Numbered from the stretch's first letter, positions 51,516 to 62,055 are shown. The stretch: 64,000 nt of DNA from Abditibacteriaceae bacterium (GCA_965277285.1 OZ255721.1:192001-256000), one strand, 5' to 3'. Made by a program: numbers and translations. Notes: generated by a model from the sequence alone, not told the origin.

Positions 51516-51648
51516 TAGTGGTTCAATAAGTGAGTTTGTTAACGAACCCGAAGCGTAAGCGCGGGAGCTAACTTCTATCCCGCGCTTATGCTTCCTATCC
51601 CTCGCTTACGCTTCGGGTTCGTTAACAAACTCACTTATTGAACCACTA
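51516..51648. mobile_element. MITE-like element with perfect 46-bp inverted arms, TA-bounded
   Basis: tagtggttcaataagtgagtttgttaacgaacccgaagcgtaagcg ... exact reverse complement at 51603-51648; inner part equals the REP at 2645. Confidence 0.75.
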
Positions 51649-51681
51649 CTAAAAACGCTTATCGAGTACTCGAATTGCTGT

Positions 51682-52083
51682 ATGACAAAGATTTCCATGA
51701 AACAATCCGCGACTTTGATTTACGACGGTGAATGTCGTTTTTGTGTGAACAGTGAAAAACTTCTGCGCCGCTTTGTCGGATGGAAACTGCGCACGCTGGC
51801 CTCGCAACAACCCGGCGCGCTTGAAAGTCATGCCGGATTAACGCAGGAGAAAGTCCAGACGCGTTTATACCTGGTTGAAGGCGACGCATTATACGGCGGC
51901 ATGGAAGCCGTTGTGCAAACTTTGGCGCTGCGCCCCATCGGAAAAATCGCCCTGATTTATTATTGTCCGGGGCTGCGACCCGTTCTCGACGCGATCTACG
52001 ATTGGATTGCGCGCCATCGTTACCAAATTTTTGGGCGCGTTGTCGGCGGCTGCAACGGCACTTGCAAATTGCCAGAAAGATGA
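51682..52083 (+). CDS. DCC1-like thiol-disulfide oxidoreductase (DUF393)
   Basis: LIYDGECRFC and YDWIARHRY. Confidence 0.88.
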   Translation: MTKISMKQSATLIYDGECRFCVNSEKLLRRFVGWKLRTLASQQPGALESHAGLTQEKVQTRLYLVEGDALYGGMEAVVQTLALRPIGKIALIYYCPGLRPVLDAIYDWIARHRYQIFGRVVGGCNGTCKLPER

Positions 52084-52173
52084 GTCGCTAAAGTCCTTAT
52101 TGTTGCCGATTGCGAAAACTGCTCCAGTCTTATAAAGTCAATATCATCCCTGCATCAAAGGCAAATAAAATCT

Positions 52174-54837
52174 ATGAAACGACTTGAAGCAACGACACTT
52201 CGCTCCGCAGTGCGCGTTTTCGTGCTCGGTTGCGCTTTGGCGCCGCTTGTAGCACCAAGGCTCGCGCAAGCGCAAGACACGCAGATGATGAACGGCGCTT
52301 TGCCGCCGCTTCGTCCACCTTCAGTGCCGCTGGTCGCACACGATCCTTACTTTTCGGTTTGGTCGAACTCCAACAAGCTTTACAGCAGCGACACGCGCCA
52401 TTGGACGGGCCGCGAACAACGCCTCAACGCCATGGTGCGCGTCGATGGCCAGACTTTTCGCTTGATGGGCAGCGAACCCGAAGAGTCCGCTTCGTTGCCT
52501 CAAACCGGCGTTTTGGTGTTGCCGACGCGCACTATCTACACCTTCGCCAACGACAAGGTTCAAGTGCAATTGGTTTTCCTGACGCCCGCGCTTCCCAGCG
52601 ACCTTGATGTACTGTCGCGGCCCCTGACCTACATTTCGTATTCGGTGCGTTCGCTCGATGGCCAGACGCACGACGTTCAATTCTATGCGGACGCGGGCGC
52701 CGACCTCACTGTCAACGACGCGAACGCGCAGCAAGTGACCTGGAACCGCGCTTCGACGGGCAACCTGACGGCGCTGCGCTTGGGTTCGGTCGATCAGCCG
52801 GTCTTGGCCAAACGTGGCGACGATTTGCGCATTGATTGGGGTTATCTTTATGTCGCCGCGCCCAACGGCCAAGGCTTGCAAAGCGTTTTGACTTCGCGCG
52901 CCAACGCGCAAATGGTGTGGGGACGAACCGGTAATCTCCCGACTTCCGACGACGCGCCCATGCCACGGGCCGCCAACGACCGTTCGCCGGTTGCGGCTCT
53001 GGCGTTTAATGTGGGCAATGTCGGTGCGCAGACAGTTTCGCGTACCATGATGCTCGCCTACGATGACGAGTACTCAATTAACTGGATGGGTCGCAGACTG
53101 CGCCCTTATTGGCGTCGCAACGGCATGGACGCCGCGGGTTTGCTCACTACCGCAGCGCGCGATTATGTGCAATTGAATAAGCGTTCGAGCGCGTTTGATA
53201 CCGAATTAATGGATGATTTGCGCACGGTCGGCGGCGAGAAATACGCGCGTTTGTCAGCTCTCGCTTATCGTCAGTCGTTCGCAGCGCAGAAGATCGTGGC
53301 TGACGCGAATGGCGCGCCGATGTCGTTTGCCAAAGAAAACTTTTCCAATGGCTCCATCGGAACGGTCGACGTGTTTTATCCCGCCTCGCCGCAAATGATG
53401 CTGCTTTCGCCGACTTTGCTCAAGGCGACGATGGAGCCGATCTTGCTTTATTCGGCTGGCCCGCGTTGGCCGTTCCCGTTCGCGCCTCACGATGTTGGCG
53501 TTTATCCGCAGGCGACGGGAATGCTTTACGGCGGCGGCGAAAATATCCCCGCCGATGGCGATGTGAGCGGCAAACAACCAGTCGAAGAATCCGGCAATAT
53601 GCTGATTATGCTGGGCGCTCTCGCCAAAATCGAGGGCAACACCAAGTTTTCTGACCCTTATTGGCCGACTCTCACCAAGTGGGCGAATTTCTTGATCAGC
53701 AAAGGTTACGATCTGGACAACCAGCTTTCGACCGACGACTTTGCGGGACACGCGCCGCACAACGTCAACTTGTCGGGCAAAGCCATTGAAGCACTGGGCG
53801 CCTATGCGCAGATGGCGCAGATGCGCGGCGATAACGCTGAAGCCATGCGCGTGCGCACCATTGCCGAAAGCGAGGCACGACAGTGGGTGGCCGCTGCCCG
53901 AGACGGCGATCATTACAAGCTGGCCTTTGATCAATCGGGCACCTGGAGCCAGAAATATAATCTCGTCTGGGATCGTATTCTCGGCCTCAACCTGTTCCCT
54001 TCCGGCGTCGCCACGACGGAGATGGCGTATTATCGAACCAAGATGAACCGCTACGGCTTGCCACTCGATTCGCGCGCGACCTACACCAAGCTTGATTGGA
54101 CACTGTGGAGCGCGGCTTTGACCGGCCAAAGAGCCGATGTCGTTGCACTGGCCGGTCCGGTGTACGACTTCTTGAACGACACGCCCTCGCGCGTACCGAT
54201 GAATGACTGGTATCGCACGATTGAAGGCACGCAGGTAGGTTTCCAGGCGCGTTCGGTGGTCGGTGGCGTGTTTATTCCGGTCTTGAACAATCGGCAAATC
54301 TGGAGCAAATGGGCCGGGCGCGATTTGGCTGCTTCCAAAAACGTTAATCTCAACTGGGCGCCGCTGCCGCCGCCACGACAGATCACGACCGTTCTGCCGA
54401 CTTCAGCCAAAGGCGGCGTGATGTGGAGCTATACGACTTCACAGCCAACCGGTGATTGGTTTGCGACTGATTACAACACTGGCGCCTGGAAGACCGGCGA
54501 GGGTGGTTTCGGTTCGGAAGGCCCACCGGATGCCGTCATTCGCACGGCGTGGAACACGTCTGATATTTGGGCGCGCCGCGAGTTCACGTTAACGGCAGAC
54601 CAACTCGCCAACCGCGACCAACTCCAATTGCTGCTCTACCATGACGAAGACGCTGAGGTCTATATCAACGGCGTGGCGGCGGTCAATATTCCCGGTTATA
54701 ACAGTGCCTATGAACCGTTTGAAATGACCAAAGCGGCTTTGGCTGCACTCAAGCCGGGTCGCAACGTCTTCGCTGTTCACGTCCACCAAACTACGGGCGG
54801 GCAATTCATCGACATGGGCCTGGCGACGGTCAAGTAA
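52174..54837 (+). CDS. Glutaminase A (GtaA)-like protein (DUF4964/DUF5127/DUF4965/DUF1793) with C-terminal sugar-binding-like domain, secreted
   Basis: RPPSVPLVAHDPYFSVWS, KENFSNG..TVDV, PVEESGNM, QLSTDDFAG, WSQKYNLVWD and FQARSVVGG. Confidence 0.85.
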   Translation: MKRLEATTLRSAVRVFVLGCALAPLVAPRLAQAQDTQMMNGALPPLRPPSVPLVAHDPYFSVWSNSNKLYSSDTRHWTGREQRLNAMVRVDGQTFRLMGSEPEESASLPQTGVLVLPTRTIYTFANDKVQVQLVFLTPALPSDLDVLSRPLTYISYSVRSLDGQTHDVQFYADAGADLTVNDANAQQVTWNRASTGNLTALRLGSVDQPVLAKRGDDLRIDWGYLYVAAPNGQGLQSVLTSRANAQMVWGRTGNLPTSDDAPMPRAANDRSPVAALAFNVGNVGAQTVSRTMMLAYDDEYSINWMGRRLRPYWRRNGMDAAGLLTTAARDYVQLNKRSSAFDTELMDDLRTVGGEKYARLSALAYRQSFAAQKIVADANGAPMSFAKENFSNGSIGTVDVFYPASPQMMLLSPTLLKATMEPILLYSAGPRWPFPFAPHDVGVYPQATGMLYGGGENIPADGDVSGKQPVEESGNMLIMLGALAKIEGNTKFSDPYWPTLTKWANFLISKGYDLDNQLSTDDFAGHAPHNVNLSGKAIEALGAYAQMAQMRGDNAEAMRVRTIAESEARQWVAAARDGDHYKLAFDQSGTWSQKYNLVWDRILGLNLFPSGVATTEMAYYRTKMNRYGLPLDSRATYTKLDWTLWSAALTGQRADVVALAGPVYDFLNDTPSRVPMNDWYRTIEGTQVGFQARSVVGGVFIPVLNNRQIWSKWAGRDLAASKNVNLNWAPLPPPRQITTVLPTSAKGGVMWSYTTSQPTGDWFATDYNTGAWKTGEGGFGSEGPPDAVIRTAWNTSDIWARREFTLTADQLANRDQLQLLLYHDEDAEVYINGVAAVNIPGYNSAYEPFEMTKAALAALKPGRNVFAVHVHQTTGGQFIDMGLATVK

Positions 54838-54861
54838 GCAATTAGTTGAAAGCAATGACAA

Positions 54862-54903
54862 AACCAAAAGGGCGCTTTCCATATAGAAAGCGCCCTTTTG
54901 GTT
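54862..54903. terminator. Bidirectional terminator
   Basis: aaccaaaagggcgctttc-loop-gaaagcgcccttttggtt. Confidence 0.8.
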
Positions 54904-55017
54904 CAAGTGTGGATGTAATTTGGAAGAACGTCGTTGATTTTGGATGCTTGCTCAGGGCCTGATTTACAGCCTGAGTCGCCATGGCAACTTCGATTTAATC
55001 GACCTTGTTTCTTTGGT

Positions 55018-55572
55018 TTACTTATTGGTCGTTGCGCTTGAAGTTGGTGTTGAAGAACTTGACGCTGGTGCAGGTGGAGCAGTACTCAGAGAAACGACTG
55101 CGGCCAGATCGGTCGCATAGTTTTTGAGAGGTCGGCGCGCTGGGCCTTTGAGCACGCTGCCATCAAGAGCGAACCGCGAATCGTGGCACGGACAAACAAA
55201 TTCTTTATCGGCGTGATCATAAACGACTTTGCAGCCGCGATGCGGACAAATCGCCGAACACGCCACGAAACTGCTGGTATCGGTGTGCGCCACAATCAAA
55301 GTATCGGAGCCATCAGGAACCGGAACGATTTCAAAGCCGCCGACTTTCGACAACGCCGCGTGCTGCTTCAGCGAAAGCTGCAAAGTTTGTGGCACAACTG
55401 CCGTTTTTGTTGTGGTGACCGTTGTCGTGCTATTGGACGTGGTTTCAGCGGCGTGCGCCACGCCCAAAACCGACAAACTGAGCAAAGCGCCAGTTGCCGC
55501 CGCGCCTTGCTTGAGGAAATCGCGGCGCGCGTTGGCGCCTTCGTCTTTTTGTACTTCGTCTTGTTCGTTCAT
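55018..55572 (-). CDS. Tat-exported Rieske [2Fe-2S] protein
   Basis: ARRDFLK twin-arginine motif; CPHRGC and CPCHDSRF; GPA. Confidence 0.9.
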   Translation of the reverse strand: MNEQDEVQKDEGANARRDFLKQGAAATGALLSLSVLGVAHAAETTSNSTTTVTTTKTAVVPQTLQLSLKQHAALSKVGGFEIVPVPDGSDTLIVAHTDTSSFVACSAICPHRGCKVVYDHADKEFVCPCHDSRFALDGSVLKGPARRPLKNYATDLAAVVSLSTAPPAPASSSSTPTSSATTNK

Positions 55573-55594
55573 CAAGTTTCTCCTGTCCCCAAAT

Positions 55595-55933
55595 TCATAC
55601 GTTGAACATCTTGTCAATGCCGCGATTCAAGATGGCGCCGCCAACGATCATCGTCCAAAATCCACAGCCTGGAAAGGTGCGATAAACGCCCGAAACATTA
55701 CCAATCCACAAAAATAACCCGATGACAATGACAATGCAGCCCGCAACTTGCCAGAGAATAGACATCGTTTTTGATGGTCTTTGTTCGTCGGCGGGCGCGG
55801 CTTTGGTCAAGACTTGCGTCGCCTCGCTGCCAGCCCATGGCAAAGTTTTGTGACAGTTGTGGCACTGGTCGATGTGAATCGAATTGTCCTTTCCGCAATG
55901 TGGACAAGGGCGGCTTTCTAACGTGATGTTCAA
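55595..55933 (-). CDS. Zinc-ribbon membrane protein
   Basis: CPHC..CHNC followed by two TM segments; GGAG upstream of a TTG start. Confidence 0.65.
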   Translation of the reverse strand: MNITLESRPCPHCGKDNSIHIDQCHNCHKTLPWAGSEATQVLTKAAPADEQRPSKTMSILWQVAGCIVIVIGLFLWIGNVSGVYRTFPGCGFWTMIVGGAILNRGIDKMFNV

Positions 55934-56001
55934 CGCAGTGTCTCCAGTGGACGAATCGAGTACTCGATGTTCACAGTTTGATGTTCAAGATTTGCCAAGC
56001 G

Positions 56002-56691
56002 TTACTTCTCGAACAACCAGGCGAAGGCTTGGCGAAAGCGCGCTTTGCCATTGCGCTCCACCATATCGCCGTGCGAGAGAATGATGCGGTCGAAATCCCA
56101 TTCCAGAATGCGGCGCACCGAAGCGCGACACGCGTCTTTATCGGTGACTGATGTGCGAAAAGCCCGTGATGGCGCGACTTTGTTCAAGACGCCTAAAAAG
56201 CGCGCGATGAGACGCGTCGAAAAAGAACGACGGTCGGGAATGTTGAAACACAAATCGGCCAGCAACAATGTGCGCGTCGGCTGATGGAAGAAATCGACTT
56301 CGTTGACCAGTTTGTTGCCTTTGAAAACCGCCTGGTCGATAACTGATGACCATTCCACCGGCGGGGCGTCTCCCAGAAAATCGTGGAGGCGCGTTTTGGC
56401 GGTCGCCGAATCCAGGCCGGGCGCGCTCCACACTTTCGCGTTGGGAAAGGCTTGCGCCCATTCCGCCAAATGCTCGTAATGGCGACGAAACGGCGAAACT
56501 ATGAAGCGCACGGTTCCCAATGCTTCAACTTCCGCCTTAAGTGGCGCCAGTTCAATCGGAGAATGAATCCATAAATCACCGTTGGGCAGGCGAACAATCG
56601 TCATGCGCGCGCCAAATTCAAAACCGGCTTTGGCGGCAGGCATTTCCGCGATCCATAAATCGGGCGCCAGATTTTTTAATCGAGTACTCAT
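56002..56691 (-). CDS. DUF4336 / metallo-beta-lactamase-like protein
   Basis: RMTIVRL..LWIHSP, EVDFFHQPTRTLLLAD and WDFDRIILSHG. Confidence 0.85.
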   Translation of the reverse strand: MSTRLKNLAPDLWIAEMPAAKAGFEFGARMTIVRLPNGDLWIHSPIELAPLKAEVEALGTVRFIVSPFRRHYEHLAEWAQAFPNAKVWSAPGLDSATAKTRLHDFLGDAPPVEWSSVIDQAVFKGNKLVNEVDFFHQPTRTLLLADLCFNIPDRRSFSTRLIARFLGVLNKVAPSRAFRTSVTDKDACRASVRRILEWDFDRIILSHGDMVERNGKARFRQAFAWLFEK

Positions 56692-56815
56692 TGTTGTATT
56701 CGTTAATCACGAACACGCTCAGGGCGTGCAGAAGAAGTGGTGGAATAGGTCAAGCTTATCGTTTGTTGTTCTGAAAGGCTGTAAGCAAAGTCCAAAAAAC
56801 GCTTAAAAGTGGAAG

Positions 56816-56885
56816 TTTGTCATTCTGAGCGCAGCGAAGAATCTGATGTAATATACAGATTCTTCGCTGCGCTCAGAATGACAAA
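56816..56885. repeat. GTCATTCTGAG..CTCAGAATGAC hairpin repeat (within a larger MITE-like shell about 56775-56927)
   Basis: tttgtcattctgagcgcagcgaagaatctg ... cagattcttcgctgcgctcagaatgacaaa. Confidence 0.85.
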
Positions 56886-56946
56886 ATCTTGGTTTCCAGT
56901 ATTGTTTTCTACTTTGCAGCCTGACTCTTGCAACTTTTTCAACGAG

Positions 56947-56994
56947 ATTGTTAAACGTCTTTATTGTTAAACGTCTTTATTGTTAAACGTCTTT
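56947..56994. repeat. 16-bp tandem repeat x3 (ATTGTTAAACGTCTTT) spanning a stop codon
   Basis: Three exact units; the third contains the stop of the epimerase gene. Confidence 0.9.
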
Positions 56995-57870
56995 GAGTTT
57001 TTGCAATTCTTCGCGCAAGCCGGATTCCGCGCCATCGACAATGGCGCCGTGAGACATCAAGTTTTCGCTCAAGTTCAAGTCCTTGATTTGCGGCAGTTCG
57101 CGCGTCGCATCGTCTTGTGGCGCGTAGCCGACCAATTCGCGCGCATCAGAAATGTCCAAGCGCTTGAAACGATTATCGCTCAAGCCGTGCAAAATGGCGA
57201 ATTGCAAATTTTCGACATCAATCGAACGTTCGATCAATTGATGCAAATCGCGCTGCGACACAAAGGCATCGAGCAAGTGCAGGCCACCTTCCTGGCGCGC
57301 CGCTTCCAGAGGTTGAAAGGCGCCGATACGCAACGTAATCACGGATACGCCTTCTTTTTCGGCCATGTAGCGCCCCAAAGCCTCACCGAAACATTTCGAG
57401 ACACCGTAAAGATCGCCAGGATTGACAGGTTCAGAAGTTTTGACTTGAACGTCCGGCGGATAGCCTGAAACCGCGTGAATGGAACTGGCGTGAACGACGC
57501 GGCGGCAACCCGCGGCTTTGGCGGCCACGAAAATGTTGTAAACGCCGATGATGTTCGCGTCAAGCAGACTTTGCCAGGTCGCGTTCGGCGCCGGATCGCC
57601 CGCCATGTGAACGATTGTATCAATGCCGTCGCAGAGCTTTTTTAAGCCTTCCAAATCGAGCAAATCGCCGGTCACGATTTCGCCGAAACCCTGGATGTGC
57701 GAGGTGTCTTCGCCATTGAGAACCATCAAGCGCAAGTCGTATTTGTCGTGCGCATGTTGCGCGAAATAGGAGCCGATGCGTCCCGCCGCGCCGGTCACGA
57801 GAACGCGGCGACGAATCGCGTTCGCTTCGGTTAATGCGCCGTCTTGTATTGCCGTAAAAGAATGAGCCAT
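56983..57870 (-). CDS. NAD-dependent epimerase/dehydratase (uronate dehydrogenase-like)
   Basis: VTGAAGRIG, ASSIHAV, YGVSKCFGE and LRIG; GAGG RBS before MAHSFT. Confidence 0.88.
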   Translation of the reverse strand: MAHSFTAIQDGALTEANAIRRRVLVTGAAGRIGSYFAQHAHDKYDLRLMVLNGEDTSHIQGFGEIVTGDLLDLEGLKKLCDGIDTIVHMAGDPAPNATWQSLLDANIIGVYNIFVAAKAAGCRRVVHASSIHAVSGYPPDVQVKTSEPVNPGDLYGVSKCFGEALGRYMAEKEGVSVITLRIGAFQPLEAARQEGGLHLLDAFVSQRDLHQLIERSIDVENLQFAILHGLSDNRFKRLDISDARELVGYAPQDDATRELPQIKDLNLSENLMSHGAIVDGAESGLREELQKLKDV

Positions 57871-57974
57871 GAAAAACCTCGGAAAAGTTGGGGAAAGTCG
57901 CGGCGCGCGTCGCAAACGCAGTGCCTCCAAACCGATTCTTGCGCGCCAAGGGACAACGCACGAAACTGCGATTA

Positions 57975-58766
57975 ATGAGTACTCGATTTGCGTTTCCCTG
58001 CGTCCTGACGATTGGCGGAACTGACCCCAGCGGCGGCGCCGGACTTCCCGCCGATGCACGCGCCATTAAAGCCTTTGGCGCTCATTCGTGCCCGATTGTG
58101 ACCGCGATTGTCGCGCAAAATACGCGCGGCGTGCGTTGTATGGAGCCAGTTTCAAGCGGAATGTTACGCGCCCAATTAGAAAATCTTCTCGAAGACATCA
58201 AGCCTTGCGCCATCAAAATTGGTTTGGTTGCGAACGTCGAACACGTCGAAGTTCTGCGCGACGTTCTGTCAAATTGGCGCGATGTTCCAATTGTCCTCGA
58301 TCCAGTTTTCGCACCCAGCACAGGCGAAGATTTCTCGGATTTGCAAACCATTCAAGCTATCGCGCAGCAACTTTTTCCGTTGTGCGCGCTGGTCACGCCA
58401 AACGCTGTGGAAGCGGAACGATTATGCGGTTTCCCGATTTCCAACGTGGACGACATGAAAAACGCCGCGCGCGCTATCCAGAAAAAATATGGCGCCAATC
58501 GAGTACTCATTAAAGGTGGGCACTTGCCGCAAAGCGCCGAAGTTGTCGATGTTTTGTGGCAAGTCGAAACGGTTTTGCTTTTTCGTGCGCCACGCATCGA
58601 AGGCGAAGAAGTGCGCGGAACCGGCTGTTTGCTATCAAGCGCAATCGCGGCGCAACTGGCGCAAAACGTGGCAATCGAGACAGCGATTGAGCGCGCAAAA
58701 AGTTGGCTTTCACTGCAAATTCGAGATGCGAAAAAGATTGGTGGTGGACGACGCGTGGCGGTTTGA
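57975..58766 (+). CDS. thiD: Hydroxymethylpyrimidine/phosphomethylpyrimidine kinase
   Basis: LTIGGTDPSGGAGL, AQNT, DPV, TPN..E, KGGH and RGTGC. Confidence 0.92.
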   Translation: MSTRFAFPCVLTIGGTDPSGGAGLPADARAIKAFGAHSCPIVTAIVAQNTRGVRCMEPVSSGMLRAQLENLLEDIKPCAIKIGLVANVEHVEVLRDVLSNWRDVPIVLDPVFAPSTGEDFSDLQTIQAIAQQLFPLCALVTPNAVEAERLCGFPISNVDDMKNAARAIQKKYGANRVLIKGGHLPQSAEVVDVLWQVETVLLFRAPRIEGEEVRGTGCLLSSAIAAQLAQNVAIETAIERAKSWLSLQIRDAKKIGGGRRVAV

Positions 58767-58860
58767 CGACCAGGTTCAGCCGTTGTCGTAATCGTAGATG
58801 TGGGCAAGGCGAAGCTGCTTGTGTTCGGATGCAGCGCTTTGTTGGTGTCTACGCGAAATT

Positions 58861-58893
58861 AACGCCGCGCTTATTCAATATAAGCGCGGCGTT
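58861..58893. terminator. Hairpin between convergent genes
   Basis: aacgccgcgcttat-loop-ataagcgcggcgtt. Confidence 0.65.
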
Positions 58894-58911
58894 GTTCGTA
58901 TCGTGGTGGTG

Positions 58912-59346
58912 TTACGACTTGGTTGCAGGCACTCGTTCGTAGCCGTTGACAAACACGCGATCGCTGGTTGTGACTTCAACGTGGTCGCCGTACTCGACCT
59001 TGCCATAACTTTTCCCCAGAAGATATAAACCGCCATTATGGTTATGGAGAACGTGCGGGACGCGATCCAGATAGCCCACGCCAGAATCTATTTCAAAGAC
59101 ATACATGGACGGCGATTTTCCATCTCCAAAGGGCAGGGAGTAAAGAACGCCCCGATGAGTCAATTGGCGTGGAGGAAGCGCGAACGAAACGTTGACGATT
59201 TTGGTGTTTATGACAGCGGGAGATACGCCGACGGGCGATACGTTGGTGGACGATACGTCGACAGGCGATTGAAGGCGTTCGTGCAGAAGCAGGGCGCTGC
59301 CCAGACTCAGGCACAAAAGAACTGGCAAGCGAATTTTACGTGTCAT
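58912..59346 (-). CDS. Hypothetical exported protein
   Basis: AAGGAG RBS; hydrophobic N-terminus MTRKIRLPVLLCLSLGSALLL. Confidence 0.6.
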   Translation of the reverse strand: MTRKIRLPVLLCLSLGSALLLHERLQSPVDVSSTNVSPVGVSPAVINTKIVNVSFALPPRQLTHRGVLYSLPFGDGKSPSMYVFEIDSGVGYLDRVPHVLHNHNGGLYLLGKSYGKVEYGDHVEVTTSDRVFVNGYERVPATKS

Positions 59347-59496
59347 GTCGTGTAGCTCCTTACGCCTCATCATAACACTTACAACCTTGTTACTGCCTGG
59401 CACCGCGCGATGGTAGAACGAGCGTATGAAAGTGTTGGGTGCAATAGCTTCGTGTCAACGAATGTTGACCTTTCCTGACAGCAAATTCATGCGCTG

Positions 59497-61137
59497 TCAA
59501 TGACCCATATCTGCGGCGGGAATTGGTCTTTTGTTCGAGCGCAGCAAAAACACGCACGGTGAAACCAAGACGACGGCCATTCCGATGAACAAAAACGCGC
59601 CGTTGTAACTCATTACTTGCGCCTGAATTTGAACGGTGTGCTCGATGATGGAAAGCGCCATCAAACGCGCTGTTGTCGGGTCGTGGCCTTTTTGCATCAT
59701 GGCGGCCTGGATAAATTGCAGGCGTTGGTCGAAAGCGGGATTGCCTGCATAAAGATAGTGATTGAGATTGCTCACGTTCGCCGTAGTCGTGTTGGAAAGC
59801 TGCGTGCCCAGATAAGCGATGCCGAACGAGCCGCCCAATTGACGCATCAAGTTCAACAAACTGGCGCCCTGCGCGATTTCAACGCCCTTGAGCGAAGAAA
59901 ACGCCGCTAAGTTAATCGGCGTGAACAAACATCCCAAGCCGAAGCCGCGAATAATCAGCGCCAGTCGCGTGTCGGGTTCGCCGCTCATCGCCGTCAAATG
60001 TCCCATGTCCCACATCGAGTACACGAACATCGTCATGCCGACAATAATCAGCACGCGCGGGCTGAGTAATTGTTTTTTGCCATTGAGCAAACGCCCGCAC
60101 AAAATCGCGCTAAAGCCTGTGGCAATGGCGCCCGGCATCAAAACCAAACCCGTCACAGTCGGCGTGAAGCCCAGAATGTTTTGCGCGAACAACGGGAAAA
60201 TAAAGATGCCGCCATACAATCCAAAACCGAGCACCATAAATAAAATCAGCGCCGCGCTTAAATCGCGGTTTTTGAGTACGCGAAGATTGACAATCGGCTG
60301 CTTGTTGCGCGGCGACATTTCCCACCACAAAAACGAAATTAGCGAAACCGCCGCTACAATCGCCAAACGCGTGATCATGGCGCTTTGAAACCAATCGTCG
60401 GTATTGCCTTCTTCCAAAACGTATTGCAGCGAACCCAGACCCGCCGTCAAAAACCCGACGCCCCACCAATCGACGCTGCCGGTTTCGACGCGATGCTTGG
60501 CGTCGGTTAAAAAATTGGTGACGATGAACAGCGAAATCAAGCCAATCGGCAGGTTGACGAAAAACACCCACGGCCACGAATAATTGTCAGTAATCCAGCC
60601 GCCCAGCGTCGGGCCAACTGTCGGCGCCACGATGATTCCCAAAACATAAATCGACTGCACCGTTCCCTGCTGTTCTTTGGGGAAAATCTCGCGGATCGTT
60701 GCCTGCGCCGTCGAAAGCAACGCCGCGCCGCCCGCGCCCTGCAAAATACGCCAGAACACCAGTTCTGCCAACGCGCGCGAAGTGCCGCAAAAAAACGAAG
60801 CGATCAAAAACAAAATAATCGAACCCGCCAGATAACGCCGCCGCCCAAAACGCGAAGCGAGCCACGCCGTCATCGGCAAAACGATGACGTTCGACAAGAT
60901 GTAACCTGTCGAAACCCAGCCGATTTCCTGAAAAGTCGCGCCCAGATTGCCCGCCATCTGCGGCAACGCCACGTTGACAATCGTCGTGTCGAGAACTTCC
61001 AAAATCGCCGCGGTAATCAAGCCCACCAGAATAATCCAGCGATAAGGATTAAGTTCTTCGCCTTCATCGAGTACTGGATTGGCGGCGCGCGGCGCAGCTT
61101 TGCCGCCCGTTTTTGTCAATGTTGTGGTCGTGCTCAT
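59497..61137 (-). CDS. DHA2-family MFS efflux permease (EmrB/QacA-like)
   Basis: LDTTIVNVALP, WRILQGAGG, GPTLGGWITDNYSWPWVFFVNLPIG and RQLGGSFG. Confidence 0.95.
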   Translation of the reverse strand: MSTTTTLTKTGGKAAPRAANPVLDEGEELNPYRWIILVGLITAAILEVLDTTIVNVALPQMAGNLGATFQEIGWVSTGYILSNVIVLPMTAWLASRFGRRRYLAGSIILFLIASFFCGTSRALAELVFWRILQGAGGAALLSTAQATIREIFPKEQQGTVQSIYVLGIIVAPTVGPTLGGWITDNYSWPWVFFVNLPIGLISLFIVTNFLTDAKHRVETGSVDWWGVGFLTAGLGSLQYVLEEGNTDDWFQSAMITRLAIVAAVSLISFLWWEMSPRNKQPIVNLRVLKNRDLSAALILFMVLGFGLYGGIFIFPLFAQNILGFTPTVTGLVLMPGAIATGFSAILCGRLLNGKKQLLSPRVLIIVGMTMFVYSMWDMGHLTAMSGEPDTRLALIIRGFGLGCLFTPINLAAFSSLKGVEIAQGASLLNLMRQLGGSFGIAYLGTQLSNTTTANVSNLNHYLYAGNPAFDQRLQFIQAAMMQKGHDPTTARLMALSIIEHTVQIQAQVMSYNGAFLFIGMAVVLVSPCVFLLRSNKRPIPAADMGH

Positions 61138-61583
61138 AAGATTTTTTGTAATAATGCGCGCAATTGCGCCCGTTCTTCAACAGAAAGCGGCGCCAGACAT
61201 TCCGCTTCGACTTCATCGACCGCGCGCGTCGCCAACTGCAAAACGTCGCGCCCTTTCGCCGTCAAAGTCACAGCGTATGCGCGACGGTCGTCGGGATGCA
61301 GCGCGCGCTCCACCAATTCCAAACGCGCCAAATCGTCAACCAAAGAAACCATCGTGGTGCGATCCACTTCCAGACTGCGCGCGATTTCAATCTGCGTCAG
61401 CGGCTCGTCCTGCAGCAAAATCAAAACGCCATAATGCTTCGAGCGCAAACCCAGTTCAGCGACCTGACTTTCAAACCTATCGCGCATTCTCTGCGCCACG
61501 CGCGACAACAACGTCGCCGTCCAACGTCCTAAAACCGGTGGAATCGCCGCATATTCAGGAGTTTTTTTACCTTCGTCGCTCAT
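61134..61583 (-). CDS. MarR-family transcriptional regulator
   Basis: TQIEIARSLEVDRTTMVSLVDDL..DRR..LTAKG; overlaps the permease start. Confidence 0.93.
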   Translation of the reverse strand: MSDEGKKTPEYAAIPPVLGRWTATLLSRVAQRMRDRFESQVAELGLRSKHYGVLILLQDEPLTQIEIARSLEVDRTTMVSLVDDLARLELVERALHPDDRRAYAVTLTAKGRDVLQLATRAVDEVEAECLAPLSVEERAQLRALLQKIL

Positions 61584-61591
61584 GGTGATAA

Positions 61592-61604
61592 TCAGTATAA
61601 CTGA
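61592..61604. promoter_or_regulatory. Candidate MarR operator overlapping a -10 box
   Basis: TCAGT-ATA-ACTGA inverted repeat; minus-strand TATACT 10 nt before ATG 61583. Confidence 0.5.
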
Positions 61605-61731
61605 CAATTAAAGTGAAGGATTCTTTTGGATGCGTTGCGCCTATGATTCTACAGGTGAACGCGGAACAAGAAGAGGGTGTATCGAGTTGGATTGGGATTA
61701 GGATACACGAGTGTCATAAAAGGAGGTTAGG

Positions 61732-62055
61732 GTGAAATCCATATCTCGAAAGCGCATGAATTTGATTGTGAGTGCGGGCTGGTTCAGTATTTTCTGGGCA
61801 CTTTTTATTGTGGCTGCCAACACCGAACGCGGCGGAGTGGAAAGGCTTGAAATTACGGAGTGGTCTGGGCTGCAGATTCGTCGTGTAGCGCTTTTATCAC
61901 CGCAGGACTGGGGCGTTGGAGAAGCTCCTCTGGTTATTCATTACTCGCCCAACGGCTTGCCCGCTATTGGATGGAGCGGATACGTGGGCGGTTATCGGAC
62001 GCGCTTAGGGGTTTTTGAAGTCCGACATTATTCTGAAGTGTGGGGAGTTGCGTGA
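61732..62055 (+). CDS. Small hypothetical membrane protein
   Basis: Strong AAGGAGGT RBS before GTG; one TM segment. Confidence 0.55.
   Translation: MKSISRKRMNLIVSAGWFSIFWALFIVAANTERGGVERLEITEWSGLQIRRVALLSPQDWGVGEAPLVIHYSPNGLPAIGWSGYVGGYRTRLGVFEVRHYSEVWGVA

Noticed and set aside
57871..57974. TPP riboswitch upstream of thiD
   Set aside because: Short divergent intergenic region with no CTGAGA or other TPP consensus visible.
61672..61708. agagggtgtat matching the start of the IS5 TIR
   Set aside because: Only 11 bp match and there is no convincing partner end; may be chance or an unresolvable relic.
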